Below, piece after piece: positions 50,676 to 60,375 of a DNA stretch of 64,000 nt. The notes beneath the pieces were generated by a model, which saw only the letters and a list, made by a program, of their open reading frames with translations, made no database searches and was not told where the DNA came from. This DNA is from Candidatus Microgenomates bacterium (GTDB lineage: Bacteria; Patescibacteriota; Microgenomatia; JACQLA01), in the NCBI GenBank assembly GCA_016204255.1, contig JACQLA010000003.1:184088-248087 (forward strand), read 5' to 3'. Numbering within the stretch: the first letter of the stretch is position 1; every line of letters begins with the position of its first letter. Made by a program: the position numbers and the translations under genes.

Positions 50676-50996
50676 ATGAAAAAGAATATTCATCCACAAT
50701 GGTATCCAAATGCACAAGTAATTTGTGCGTGCGGTAATGTTTTTACAATCGGTTCAACCACGCCGGAAATTCATACCGAGGTGTGTTCCCGTTGCCACCC
50801 CTTTTATACGGGCCAGCAAAGATTTATCGACACTTTGGGTCGCGTTGAAAAATTCCAGCAGAAGGTAAAGTTTGCTCAAGAACACGCTCCTGAGATTTCG
50901 GCCAAAAAAGCCAAGAAAGAACGACTGAAAAAAGAAGAAGCCCCTAAATCCTTCAGAGATTTCAAAGCAATGCTCTCGCAACAAAAACAAGGATAA
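50676..50996 (+). CDS. rpmE: 50S ribosomal protein L31
   Basis: [27 protein letters not shown]. Confidence 0.95.
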   Translation: MKKNIHPQWYPNAQVICACGNVFTIGSTTPEIHTEVCSRCHPFYTGQQRFIDTLGRVEKFQQKVKFAQEHAPEISAKKAKKERLKKEEAPKSFRDFKAMLSQQKQG

Positions 50997-51004
50997 AACT
51001 TTTT

Positions 51005-51709
51005 ATGGCTTCCAATATTTCTGCGATTATTTTGGAAATCAGGCCGGCTGCCGGAGGTTCGGAGGCCAAAATTTGGGCCCAAGACCTTTTACGCATGTAT
51101 CTTCGTTTTGCTCAAAACCAGGGATACAAAACCCAGCTTTTAGATGAAGGGGTTTTAAAAATTGCAGGATCGGATGCTTTTGAAAAACTGAAATTTGAGT
51201 CCGGCGTGCATCGCGTCCAAAGAATTCCGGAGACGGAAAAAAGGGGCCGGATTCATACTTCAACGGCTACCGTGGCCGTTTTGCCGGAAATCCCGGAAAC
51301 CGAAATTCATGTCCGTCCAGAAGATTGTGAATGGGAGTTTTACCGTGCTTCTTCTCAAGGCGGACAAAATGTCCAAAAGGTTTCCTCGGCTGTCAGACTT
51401 CATCATAAACCGACAGGGGTTGTTGTAACTTGTCAAACTGAACGCGATCAATGGCAAAACAGACAAAGCGCTCTTTCACTTTTAAGATCTAAGCTTTGGG
51501 AAAAACAGGAAGAGGAAAAAGAAAAAACTGTCGCTGGCTATCGATCATTAATCGGGCGGGGTATGAGAGCGGAAAAAATCCGGACATTCAATTTTCCTCA
51601 AAACCGCGTTACAGATCACCGTATTAACAAGTCATGGCACAATCTTGAGCAGATTGTAGACGGACGTTTGGAACCGGTGGTTAGTACCGTCACCGCCACT
51701 CTTTCTTAA
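51005..51709 (+). CDS. prfA: Peptide chain release factor 1, N-terminally shortened
   Basis: LEIRPAAGG, ESGVHRVQRIPET (PxT), GGQ, EKIRTFNFPQNRVTDHR. Confidence 0.85.
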   Translation: MASNISAIILEIRPAAGGSEAKIWAQDLLRMYLRFAQNQGYKTQLLDEGVLKIAGSDAFEKLKFESGVHRVQRIPETEKRGRIHTSTATVAVLPEIPETEIHVRPEDCEWEFYRASSQGGQNVQKVSSAVRLHHKPTGVVVTCQTERDQWQNRQSALSLLRSKLWEKQEEEKEKTVAGYRSLIGRGMRAEKIRTFNFPQNRVTDHRINKSWHNLEQIVDGRLEPVVSTVTATLS

Positions 51710-52872
51710 GGCGCCTCCCCTAAAGTAACTGACAATTTTGATTCTACGCCATTTCGCCAACTGGTTAATTCAACCCGATCCCCCACCTTTTTTTTGGAAA
51801 TAATTTGGGCTAAATCCCCCTCATTTTCTCGAATGTTTTTACCATCAATTTTGGTAATAATATCTTTCTCTTTAATTCCCGATTTATCTGCCGGCGAATC
51901 TTGCGTAACTTCTACTACATATGCTCCTTCAGGCACGTCGTTTAAAAGAGCGGTATTCCGACTAATCATTTTGTAACTTACTCCCAAATAGGCGCGGGAG
52001 AACTTACCGGTTTGTTCAAAATTTACCAATGAGTCTTTAATTAAATTTATGGGCAAAGCAAAACCGATATTTTGTCCTTCGGCAGCCACTGCGACGTTAA
52101 TGCCTACCACCTGTCCGGCGGAGTTTAAAAGTGGACCGCCGGAATTTCCGGGATTTATGGCGGCATCTGTTTGAATTACATCATCCAGTCTTTCTGCCGC
52201 CCCTTCAAAAGGTGAGCCGGCCGTAATCCCCCGCCCAAGTCCTGAAACAACTCCTGTTGTTACGGTATTGCGAAATTCGCCTAAAGCAGTTCCAATAGCA
52301 ATCACGAATTGACCAACCTCAAGTTTGGAAGAATCACCCAATTCAACCGGCTTAAGATTCGAGGCATCGATTTTTAAAATTGCCAAATCATTGGCTGTAT
52401 CCCGATAAATTTTCTGAACCTGATAAACCTTTTCGTCGGAAGTAACAACCTTATACTTACCAGTGGTGTCGGAAACTACATGCTTATTAGTAACAATCAT
52501 TCCGTCAGAAGAAATAATAAAACCCGAGCCGATGTCCTGTTCAATTTTCTTTTCCTGAAGTTGTGGCTGCTGTGGCCGAAGAATACCAAATGGGTCAAAC
52601 GGGTTAATTTCAAAAGGTTGGCTCACCTGTTGTTTTTCCATTCCAATTGTTACCACCGATGGCCCCACCTTTTTCACAACATCTATTACTACCGATTCCT
52701 CAGTTACAATCTTCACCTTTTCCTGGCCAGGGAGAAACTGATTTTCTGTTTTTGGAATTTCAAGTCGAGGAAGACGCTGGCTCAAAGTGTCCCAACCACC
52801 AAAAAGTCCGGAAGAAATACCAATAGCCACAAGTACAACAAGTATTGAAACGAGAATAAAATTTTTTTTCAT
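51706..52872 (-). CDS. HtrA/DegP serine protease with PDZ domain
   Basis: GSGF, VTNKHV, DLA, QTDAAINPGNSGGPL, C-terminal PDZ. Confidence 0.93.
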   Translation of the reverse strand: MKKNFILVSILVVLVAIGISSGLFGGWDTLSQRLPRLEIPKTENQFLPGQEKVKIVTEESVVIDVVKKVGPSVVTIGMEKQQVSQPFEINPFDPFGILRPQQPQLQEKKIEQDIGSGFIISSDGMIVTNKHVVSDTTGKYKVVTSDEKVYQVQKIYRDTANDLAILKIDASNLKPVELGDSSKLEVGQFVIAIGTALGEFRNTVTTGVVSGLGRGITAGSPFEGAAERLDDVIQTDAAINPGNSGGPLLNSAGQVVGINVAVAAEGQNIGFALPINLIKDSLVNFEQTGKFSRAYLGVSYKMISRNTALLNDVPEGAYVVEVTQDSPADKSGIKEKDIITKIDGKNIRENEGDLAQIISKKKVGDRVELTSWRNGVESKLSVTLGEAP

Positions 52873-54119
52873 CTCACCAACGTTTCAATCGCCTTTTGAA
52901 GCTGAGGGTCTTTCGTGGGATCATCCGAGGCAGTTATTTCAATATCTGGGACTAGGCCACTTTCAACGCCCTTACCCGAGGGTAATAACCATTTAGCGGT
53001 GGTGATGTGCAAACCCGCACCCTGACCGACATCTTCTGCCTCCTGGATACTGCCCTTACCAAAAGACTTCTCGCCTAAAAGCTCGGCGCGATTATTTTCT
53101 TTCAAGGCTCCGGCAACAATTTCTGAAGCCGAGGCCGAACCCTTGTTAATTATAACAATCATCGGAATTGTCGTCAATTTCCCGGGTTTTTCAACAACAT
53201 AGGGCCGCTTTTGTCCTCCGGCATTTTCCTGTTGGACAACCGTTCCTTCTTTCAAAAATTCTGAAGCCACCAAAACGGCACCGGATAAATATCCGCCGGG
53301 ATTATTTCTTAGATCAAAAACCAACCCCTTAATTGAACTTCCCGCCGAACCTGAAAGCTGAGTTCTAATTTCGTCTATAGCTCTATTCCACTCACCCACT
53401 TCATCCCCGAATCTTGATAGCTTTAGATAGACAACTTTGCAATTCTTCTCTCCTCCTTTACAATCCTCGCTTTCTTTTATGCTCCATTCCACACTTTTAA
53501 CAATAATCGTATCCCGAATAATTTCTATATCTTTCGGTTTTGTTTCATTTTCGCGCAAAATTGTTAAAACAATTTTTGTTCCTTTGGGTCCTCGAATTTT
53601 AGCAACTACCTCAGGAACGGTCCAGCCGATTGTTTCTTCTGAACCAACTTTTAAAATGACATCGCCAGCTTTAATGCCCGCACTTTCAGCCGGAGAACCC
53701 TTTAAGGGAGCAACGATTAGAATGGAGCTGTCTTTTGCCCCAAGCTGAGCCCCGATTCCTTCGAATTTTGTATCACCCAAATCCGCCTTGAAGGCTTTAT
53801 TCTCTTCCGGAGGCAAAAATACGGTATAGGGATCGCCAACTGCCTTGGTCATTCCGGTGATTGCACCGTAAACCATTTGTTGTGGGTCAAGTTTACTTTT
53901 ATCAATATAATTTTTGGAAAGACTATCCCAAACATCCCAAAAGAGTTCAAAGTCGACGTCGCGCTGGGACGGGGGTTGGCGATTGATAACAGAGTATTGC
54001 GGACGCCAGTTTTGCCAAGCCAGTTTTACTTCATATTTACCCAAATTGTATCCGATCTCACCAGAGAGAATGATGAGCGCTAATATTAAAATATATTTTC
54101 TTGCGTTTGTGATTTTCAT
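52869..54119 (-). CDS. S41 carboxyl-terminal protease
   Basis: DPYT, GIGA PDZ, DLRNNPGG, SASASEI, SFGKG. Confidence 0.92.
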   Translation of the reverse strand: MKITNARKYILILALIILSGEIGYNLGKYEVKLAWQNWRPQYSVINRQPPSQRDVDFELFWDVWDSLSKNYIDKSKLDPQQMVYGAITGMTKAVGDPYTVFLPPEENKAFKADLGDTKFEGIGAQLGAKDSSILIVAPLKGSPAESAGIKAGDVILKVGSEETIGWTVPEVVAKIRGPKGTKIVLTILRENETKPKDIEIIRDTIIVKSVEWSIKESEDCKGGEKNCKVVYLKLSRFGDEVGEWNRAIDEIRTQLSGSAGSSIKGLVFDLRNNPGGYLSGAVLVASEFLKEGTVVQQENAGGQKRPYVVEKPGKLTTIPMIVIINKGSASASEIVAGALKENNRAELLGEKSFGKGSIQEAEDVGQGAGLHITTAKWLLPSGKGVESGLVPDIEITASDDPTKDPQLQKAIETLVR

Positions 54120-54850
54120 GACTTGCTAATAACGACTAAATTTTTTTCCTCACCAAAAACAATCACCTGGTGATCAACATATTTTAACACTTTTTTAAAA
54201 TTATCGGGAGTCAAAGCAAGAAAAGTCAGGGGGCAAACATCCATTTCGCCTCTAAAATCTGTACCTAAAATGGCCTTGATTTGCAAACTTTTTGCTTTAA
54301 TTAACGCCTCTTTTGTCCAAATTTCCGCCGCAACAATCTTTTCTTCCAATTCGGATGTTAAATCATAAAGACCGACTGTTGGATTTTTTAAGCTGACTAA
54401 TTCTCCCGTAACTTCGATTCCTCCGCCTTTTTCGGCCGGTATTACGGTCCCGGCACAATCAATAACTATCTCATCATTTTTAATTTCGACTATCTTCCCC
54501 GCAGCCGGAGCTTTTAAAATTGTTTTTTCGCCTTTTATGCCAACTGTTAAAACTCCAGTATCTTCCTCAAGTTTTTCCAGCGTTCCGGAAATAGGACTTT
54601 TGATTTTTTTCTCTCCCAAAAGGCCTTTTTTCCGGGCGATTATTTCACCCTCTATAACTTCGTCGCCAATTTTTTTAACCAATACGGTTATGACTTTGTT
54701 GGGTCTAAGACCGGAGGCTTTTGCCAGATTGAGATAAACTTCGTCTAATTTATTTTCTATTTCGGCCAGAGAATCACCACGGGAAACTTTTTGTCCCTCT
54801 GAAACTAAAATTTTTCCTTTTTGGGGAAGGCGGACAGTTAAATGACTCAT
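54116..54850 (-). CDS. Hypothetical protein with biotinyl/lipoyl-like hybrid motifs
   Basis: VSEGQKVSRGD, KKIGDEVIEGE, SPISG, APAAGKI. Confidence 0.6.
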   Translation of the reverse strand: MSHLTVRLPQKGKILVSEGQKVSRGDSLAEIENKLDEVYLNLAKASGLRPNKVITVLVKKIGDEVIEGEIIARKKGLLGEKKIKSPISGTLEKLEEDTGVLTVGIKGEKTILKAPAAGKIVEIKNDEIVIDCAGTVIPAEKGGGIEVTGELVSLKNPTVGLYDLTSELEEKIVAAEIWTKEALIKAKSLQIKAILGTDFRGEMDVCPLTFLALTPDNFKKVLKYVDHQVIVFGEEKNLVVISKS

Positions 54851-54857
54851 GAAGATG

Positions 54858-55091
54858 TTAAATTCTTGCGACGAAAGGCAAGAGGCTCAAATGGCGAGCA
54901 CGCTTCACCGCGATCGTTAGTCTTCGCTGATGTTTTGCGCAAGTTCCGGTTTTTGAGCGATCTAAAATCTTGCCTCGTTCTGAAATAAAACGGCGTAAAA
55001 CCTCGTCGGCCTTAAAATCCGGCAACGTTTTATTTTCACAAAAATAACAAACTTGGCGTATGGGACGCTTTTTAAAAACTTTTTTATACAT
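54858..55091 (-). CDS. rpsR: 30S ribosomal protein S18
   Basis: [32 protein letters not shown]. Confidence 0.95.
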   Translation of the reverse strand: MYKKVFKKRPIRQVCYFCENKTLPDFKADEVLRRFISERGKILDRSKTGTCAKHQRRLTIAVKRARHLSLLPFVARI

Positions 55092-55097
55092 TGGTTA

Positions 55098-55643
55098 TTA
55101 AAATGGGATATCGTCAGGATCGATTTTTTCTTCGCCGCCTTCTTCTTTCTCTGCTTCTTCAGCATTCTTTTTACCTTTGCTCCCTTTTCCCTGGGACTTA
55201 CTTGAACCTAAATTTGAAGGCGTGTTACTTGCTAAAGAATCAGTTTCCCCGACTTCTTCGCCTACGCTCGCTGTCTCAACTTGAGGCGCTGCTTCCTCAA
55301 CCGGACGGCGGGAATCCAAAAGAATCATGTCGTCAATTACGACTTCTGTAGTTGTTCGCTGACCGCCATCTTGCCCCGTCCAGGAACGGGTGGAAAGTCG
55401 GCCTTCAACATAAATTTTTCTTCCTTTAGTCAAAAGTTGGGAACAAAGTTCGGCTAATTTGTTCCAGGCTACAATGCGGTGAAACTCGGTTTCTTCCTTT
55501 TTCTCTCCGCCATCAGTTGTCCAAGAACGGTTTGTTGCCAAACCAAAAGTACAAACAGCCGTTCCCTGAGGAGTATAACGCAATTCAGGATCCCTTGTTA
55601 AATTACCAATCAATTGAACTCTATTTAACGAACGTGAAGCCAT
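55098..55643 (-). CDS. ssb: Single-stranded DNA-binding protein
   Basis: LNRVQLIGNLTRDPELRYT; C-terminal DDIPF. Confidence 0.96.
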   Translation of the reverse strand: MASRSLNRVQLIGNLTRDPELRYTPQGTAVCTFGLATNRSWTTDGGEKKEETEFHRIVAWNKLAELCSQLLTKGRKIYVEGRLSTRSWTGQDGGQRTTTEVVIDDMILLDSRRPVEEAAPQVETASVGEEVGETDSLASNTPSNLGSSKSQGKGSKGKKNAEEAEKEEGGEEKIDPDDIPF

Positions 55644-55673
55644 TTTTACCTCCTTGCAAAGTTACAAGTCTAA

Positions 55674-55958
55674 TTACTCTTTCCTCACAAGTAAATGCCT
55701 TAAAACTTCTCCTTTCATTTTTATCTTCTTCTCAAGTGAGGCAGTTTTTCCTTGCGGAAGATCTAAAGCATAATAAACATAAAACCCTTCTTTTTCTCTC
55801 TTAAGGGGATAGACCAAATTTTTCTTTCCCCAAAGATTTTCGGTTTCAACCTTACCTTTTGCTTCTTCAACCAGCTTCTTAATTTCCGCCAAAAAATCCG
55901 CGCGAACCTTTTCGCTCAAATCAGATTTCAAAACTAAAACCAGTTCATAATTACGCAT
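55674..55958 (-). CDS. rpsF: 30S ribosomal protein S6; probable start at 55958
   Basis: MRNYEL, WGKKNLVYP, GFY, VLRHL; rpsF-ssb-rpsR order. Confidence 0.93.
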   Translation of the reverse strand: MRNYELVLVLKSDLSEKVRADFLAEIKKLVEEAKGKVETENLWGKKNLVYPLKREKEGFYVYYALDLPQGKTASLEKKIKMKGEVLRHLLVRKE

Positions 55959-55971
55959 GGGGAAAAGTATA

Positions 55972-56919
55972 TCAAACTGGATTTCCTTTGGCAAGAGGTA
56001 CGTTCCCAACCGGAGAGCTGGCGTGATTTTCGTTTTGAAATGAGACTATATCTCCATCCTGGATTAGATAATCATCTTCAACCTTTTGTACCTTCCCTAC
56101 CTCTTTTGCTTTCTGCCAGTTTCCTAAGCTTAAAATTTCTGCGGTTCCAATTACCTCGACTTGGGGAAAATTTTGATTTGAATCAGCTTGTGTTTCCTTG
56201 ATCGCTTCTAAAATGGTCTTTCCCTCTTTAATTGACCACGCATGAAGCACTCCCCGATTAAGAGTGTAAAAAATGATAAGGTTTAGAAGTTTAAAACAGT
56301 GATCAATAATCGTATTTATATTGCCATCTTCATTTTCTCCATTTTTTACACAGGAAAAAATTACCTTATCTATCTTCATTTCAAACTGAAGTTTTTGCCG
56401 TAATTTCTCAATTGTAACTTTGTCATTTGCAACTGTTTTATCGATATTTATCAAATACAGAGTCGGTTTTTTAATGCCCGCCAGCCGTAACTCTTCTTTG
56501 ACAACTTCAATATCTCTAGTTGGGTTTATAGACCCCATAACATGAGGAACGCTTTTAGTGGCATATTCGGAGGTCATGTGAAGCCTGACATGATCAAAAA
56601 ACCGCACAACATGCAAAATAGCATCGGCTTCTCGAATATGGGCCAAAAAATCATTACCCAACCCTTGTCCATGATGAGAGCCTTTAACTAAACCGGCGAT
56701 GTCAAGAAATTGTATTGTCGCGGGGAAGATCTTTTCGGCTCCGAGCATCGAGGCCAGATTTTTAACCCGCTCATCCGGAACCTCAATCACCCCGGTATGG
56801 GAATCGGTAGTGGTGAATGGATAATCAGCGACTTTGGAGAATTGACGTTTAAGAAGCAGGTTAAATAATGTTGATCTTCCCGTATTTGGCAAACCCACAA
56901 TTCCGATTTTTAAAGACAT
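55972..56919 (-). CDS. Divergent, shortened YchF paralogue
   Basis: [32 protein letters not shown], degenerate TGS domain. Confidence 0.8.
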   Translation of the reverse strand: MSLKIGIVGLPNTGRSTLFNLLLKRQFSKVADYPFTTTDSHTGVIEVPDERVKNLASMLGAEKIFPATIQFLDIAGLVKGSHHGQGLGNDFLAHIREADAILHVVRFFDHVRLHMTSEYATKSVPHVMGSINPTRDIEVVKEELRLAGIKKPTLYLINIDKTVANDKVTIEKLRQKLQFEMKIDKVIFSCVKNGENEDGNINTIIDHCFKLLNLIIFYTLNRGVLHAWSIKEGKTILEAIKETQADSNQNFPQVEVIGTAEILSLGNWQKAKEVGKVQKVEDDYLIQDGDIVSFQNENHASSPVGNVPLAKGNPV

Positions 56920-57000
56920 TATAAGTTATTATTCAAGATAAACAATTCCTAAAGACTACCCTATTAACAGATAAACATATTGTAATAATTTGTGTCAACT

Positions 57001-58359
57001 TTACAAATTCCGCCGAAGGAAATCCTTGAGTGCTAACTCATCGGGTATTGGAAGATCGGGATTATTGTAAAGAATCACCCGATGATCAGTGAGTTGCCCA
57101 AGTAGCTCCAAAACCCTTGCTGATGCAAGCATCATCAAGCTCTCCCGAATCGCCGTAAGCGGGGATTTACCGGTTAACTCTGCCACTTCGCGGGCATTAG
57201 CAATTATTTTTTCAAGCTGAGGATCTCTAATATTCTGTCTCCACCAAACTAAGAAACTTTCTAGGGTGTTTAGGCGGCTTGAAGCTGCGTATACAAGTTT
57301 AATTGAGGTCGGAAGACGTAAAAAATCATAAGTTAAATTACGAAAATCTTCCATCTGCCCAACAATATCTATTGGCCCAGATTTTGCCCTTTCAACTTGT
57401 GCAACACTTCCTCCCACAGGAAACTTCCAGAGATCCTCCCAGGAAGAAAACCTATCTAGGCCAAAAAGATAGGTTATCCTGTTAGCCGCAGTAAGAGCTT
57501 CTTGTTTGTTTTTTTTAAGTCTGGCTTCTTGGATTAAGTGTCGGGCAATAACTAAAAGATCAATCATCGGACCCGGCACAACACTAACATGACCCATTCG
57601 TAATCTCTTTCCTTTTATTCCTTTGAAAAAATCTTCCCCTAAATATAAATCCCAAAAAAATCCGGCCCCGTAGTCTCTTGCTGATGCAGGATCCTGATGA
57701 CCACTGGCGGGTAAGTATGTTCCACCTGGCTTATCAACGATAATTAAATGTCGCGGTCCAGATTTTTTGATCAAATCTGCCATTCGCATTCTCATTAAAA
57801 CATTGGTGGAAAAAAGAAATTCCTGGGAATAAGGTTCTCCGTGTATTATTCTTAATGAAAGTAAATTTACGGCCTCCTGTTCAAAATTTTCTTTAAAACT
57901 TTTATGGCCTGGGGTCAGTTCGGGATGTCGAGCCTTGACCATACCAGCAACTAAGCGCTTAAATCCCCAGGAATAAGGCTTACCCTCTTGCATGGCAACA
58001 TGTGTTTTTTCAAGCATTGCTACGAGATTTTTTTCTTGAGTGTCCCAGTGAAGAATGGATATTTTATCAACCGCATCTTCCAATTTTTCAGTAAGGTAAG
58101 GGCGGATTATGCTGTTCGCAAGATAGCTCTTCCCCGATCCCGGGATTCCTTCAACCATGATTATCTGGGGAGAGAAAACTCCGGCGGTCTCCCGAAAATC
58201 TTTGGCGAATTCATCTAAAAAAACCCTTAAATTAGGACTTCCTATATTTCGATAATCTTGATCATGATAATCTTGATAATAATAAACTTGCTTGATGGCT
58301 TCGGCTTTTTGTCCCAACGACTCATGATTACGAGGAATAGGTTTTTCTTTAAATGTCAT
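57001..58359 (-). CDS. Hypothetical P-loop NTPase/kinase-like protein
   Basis: Walker A EGIPGSGKS; later IIVD. Confidence 0.6.
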   Translation of the reverse strand: MTFKEKPIPRNHESLGQKAEAIKQVYYYQDYHDQDYRNIGSPNLRVFLDEFAKDFRETAGVFSPQIIMVEGIPGSGKSYLANSIIRPYLTEKLEDAVDKISILHWDTQEKNLVAMLEKTHVAMQEGKPYSWGFKRLVAGMVKARHPELTPGHKSFKENFEQEAVNLLSLRIIHGEPYSQEFLFSTNVLMRMRMADLIKKSGPRHLIIVDKPGGTYLPASGHQDPASARDYGAGFFWDLYLGEDFFKGIKGKRLRMGHVSVVPGPMIDLLVIARHLIQEARLKKNKQEALTAANRITYLFGLDRFSSWEDLWKFPVGGSVAQVERAKSGPIDIVGQMEDFRNLTYDFLRLPTSIKLVYAASSRLNTLESFLVWWRQNIRDPQLEKIIANAREVAELTGKSPLTAIRESLMMLASARVLELLGQLTDHRVILYNNPDLPIPDELALKDFLRRNL

Positions 58360-59552
58360 CGCTGGGATTTTTTCAAGGATCTATGCAATCCGTACTGAGG
58401 TAATTTAATCGTTGCGGTTGTACCTTTTCCGAATTCAGATTGGATCTCAATTTTCCCTTTATGCTCATGAATAATATATTTTGATAAATACAGCCCCAGG
58501 CCCATTCCGGTTTTTTGTCTTCCATGAGCTCCCTGATAAAATTTATCGAAAATATTCGGCAGGTCCTCGCTGGGGATGCCCTGCCCCTGATCTTTGACCG
58601 AAAAAATAAAATAGCCATCGTGGAACTTTAAGGTAGAAATAATTTTTGTTCCATGCGGGGAAAATTTGACGCTATTATTTATTAAGTTAACAATTACCTG
58701 TGTTAACTTATCAGAATCACCTAAAACCCATGCGTTTTTTTTGTCGAGCCGGTCATAAAATTTTACAACATGATTAGTGAATGTCTTCTGATTGCTTACC
58801 AAGGAAGATTTTATAACCTCTTTTAAATCACACTTGGAAAAATCGAATCGCAGTTTTCCGGTACGGATTTGGTGCACCTGTAAAAGCTCGCCGATTAATT
58901 TAGTAAGTCTTTTCTCTTCCCCCAATAAAGTTTTAATATACTCAAGTTTTGGTAATTTTCCTTTCAGAGTTGAGTCTTCTATCAACTGTGAATAAAGGAT
59001 AATTGACGTTAAAGGAGTTTTTAATTCGTGCGCGGCGAGGGAAATAAAAAAGTCCTGATTCTCAATTGATTTTTTCAATTCTTCCGTCAAAATAGCCTTG
59101 TGGATAGCCAATGTGGCTAACGGTTGAAATAGCTTAATAAGTTCAAGCTCTTCTTTGCCAAAGATTTTATCTTTAAAAGACATCAAGGACAAAACGCCGA
59201 TTTTCAACTCATTATAAACAAGGGCAATACTCAAATCGTTTCCAACCCCCAAAGCTCTTAATTGAGGATGGAATTGTTCTAAACTCCTGAGATTTATAAT
59301 GGAAAAATTCCCACCTCGAAAAACTTTAGCGGTGCTTCCATTTTTGCGTGGGATTATTTTGTAAAGAATCGGCGAGGATGTATAAATCCTTTTAAATCCA
59401 TCCCCCTCGGGAATAAAAATGGAGCCATATTTGGCCCCGGAAATCTTCATCGCCTGATGAATAACCTCTTTATATGTTTCCTTAAGACTTAATGGATATA
59501 AAAAGCTTAAAGTAGCTGAATAAATCTTTTCAAACCCGGTTTGAAGCATCAA
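58356..59552 (-). CDS. Cytoplasmic GAF-domain sensor histidine kinase
   Basis: H-box AHELKTPL, N-box NLINNSVKF, DQGQG, F-box, GMGLGL. Confidence 0.9.
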   Translation of the reverse strand: MMLQTGFEKIYSATLSFLYPLSLKETYKEVIHQAMKISGAKYGSIFIPEGDGFKRIYTSSPILYKIIPRKNGSTAKVFRGGNFSIINLRSLEQFHPQLRALGVGNDLSIALVYNELKIGVLSLMSFKDKIFGKEELELIKLFQPLATLAIHKAILTEELKKSIENQDFFISLAAHELKTPLTSIILYSQLIEDSTLKGKLPKLEYIKTLLGEEKRLTKLIGELLQVHQIRTGKLRFDFSKCDLKEVIKSSLVSNQKTFTNHVVKFYDRLDKKNAWVLGDSDKLTQVIVNLINNSVKFSPHGTKIISTLKFHDGYFIFSVKDQGQGIPSEDLPNIFDKFYQGAHGRQKTGMGLGLYLSKYIIHEHKGKIEIQSEFGKGTTATIKLPQYGLHRSLKKSQR

Positions 59553-59659
59553 TATAAAAATTAAACACGAAACTAAGGTGTTTCACCTAAAAATTTTGCT
59601 TTATAAATTGTAACATAGATTGGCGCTTATTTAAACTCATAAAAACTAATAAAAAACGC

Positions 59660-59694
59660 TTGAAAAATTAGCACTCCTGATGTATAATTGCTAG
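59660..59694 (+). promoter_or_regulatory. Sigma-70 promoter overlapped by a CIRCE-like (HrcA) operator
   Basis: TTGAAA-N17-TATAAT; TTAGCACTC-N9-AATTGCTAG compared with consensus TTAGCACTC-N9-GAGTGCTAA. Confidence 0.7.
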
Positions 59695-59695
59695 C

Positions 59696-59848
59696 GTAGT
59701 CAGGGAATTACCGGCCACGCCTTGCCTTCGATAGCAGCTTTGCTACTAAAGTAGGAAAGGAGAGGTCCAACTTTTCGCCTTAGGAAATGGTTTTTCCTGA
59801 ACCTGAGGATTGTTTTCTTCTTCTTTGTGTGGCCGGTAACCTGGCTAC
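59696..59848 (+). ncRNA. Candidate structured RNA (long closed stem-loop) in the hsp20 leader
   Basis: gtagtcagg pairs with cctggctac; ttaccggccac pairs with gtggccggtaa; inner ccttagg pairs with cctgagg. Confidence 0.5.
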
Positions 59849-59962
59849 AGTAAATCTTCACTAAATTAAACCACCTCCTTTTTTTGTAACATGGGTTACT
59901 GCTTTTCCGATTATTAACTTCTATATTTAAAGAAAATACTTATTTTAAAAGGAGGTGAAAAA

Positions 59963-60373
59963 ATGGCTTTTGAACTTACTCCCTGGAGATTTCCGGCGAT
60001 TTCTTTTCCTTCCATTTGGGAAGATTTTGAAGAATGGCTCACGCCTCAGGCCGCAAGCGGTCTTTCGGTTTCGGAGGATGAAAAAAATATTTATGTCGAG
60101 GCAGCACTTCCTGGTATTGATCCCAAAGATATTGATATTACCTTTGATAAAGGGGTACTTACCATTAAAGGCGAAGCCAAAGAGGAGGAAAAAAAGAAAA
60201 AATACTATCGCAAAGCCGCACGTTCTTTTTATTACCGGGTTCCGATTCCAAAAGAAATCGATCCCAACGCCGAACCTGAGGCAAATTATAAAAATGGGGT
60301 GATGATGGTAACATTCGCTAAATCAATGTCTCAACCCAAAAAGATTACAGTCAAAACGGAAGGTGGTAAATAA
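59963..60373 (+). CDS. Hsp20/alpha-crystallin small heat shock protein
   Basis: EAALPGI, LTIKGE, ANYKNGV; SD AGGAGGTG. Confidence 0.92.
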   Translation: MAFELTPWRFPAISFPSIWEDFEEWLTPQAASGLSVSEDEKNIYVEAALPGIDPKDIDITFDKGVLTIKGEAKEEEKKKKYYRKAARSFYYRVPIPKEIDPNAEPEANYKNGVMMVTFAKSMSQPKKITVKTEGGK

Positions 60374-60375
60374 AT

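Noticed and set aside
56500-56535. Possible repeat-derived insert (RLHMTSEY) in the YchF paralogue, and YTIHSAPYT in RluA
   Set aside because: Too degenerate to assign without an alignment
59696-59848. SRP RNA or tmRNA identity for the long hairpin
   Set aside because: No SRP domain IV motif and no tRNA-like ends
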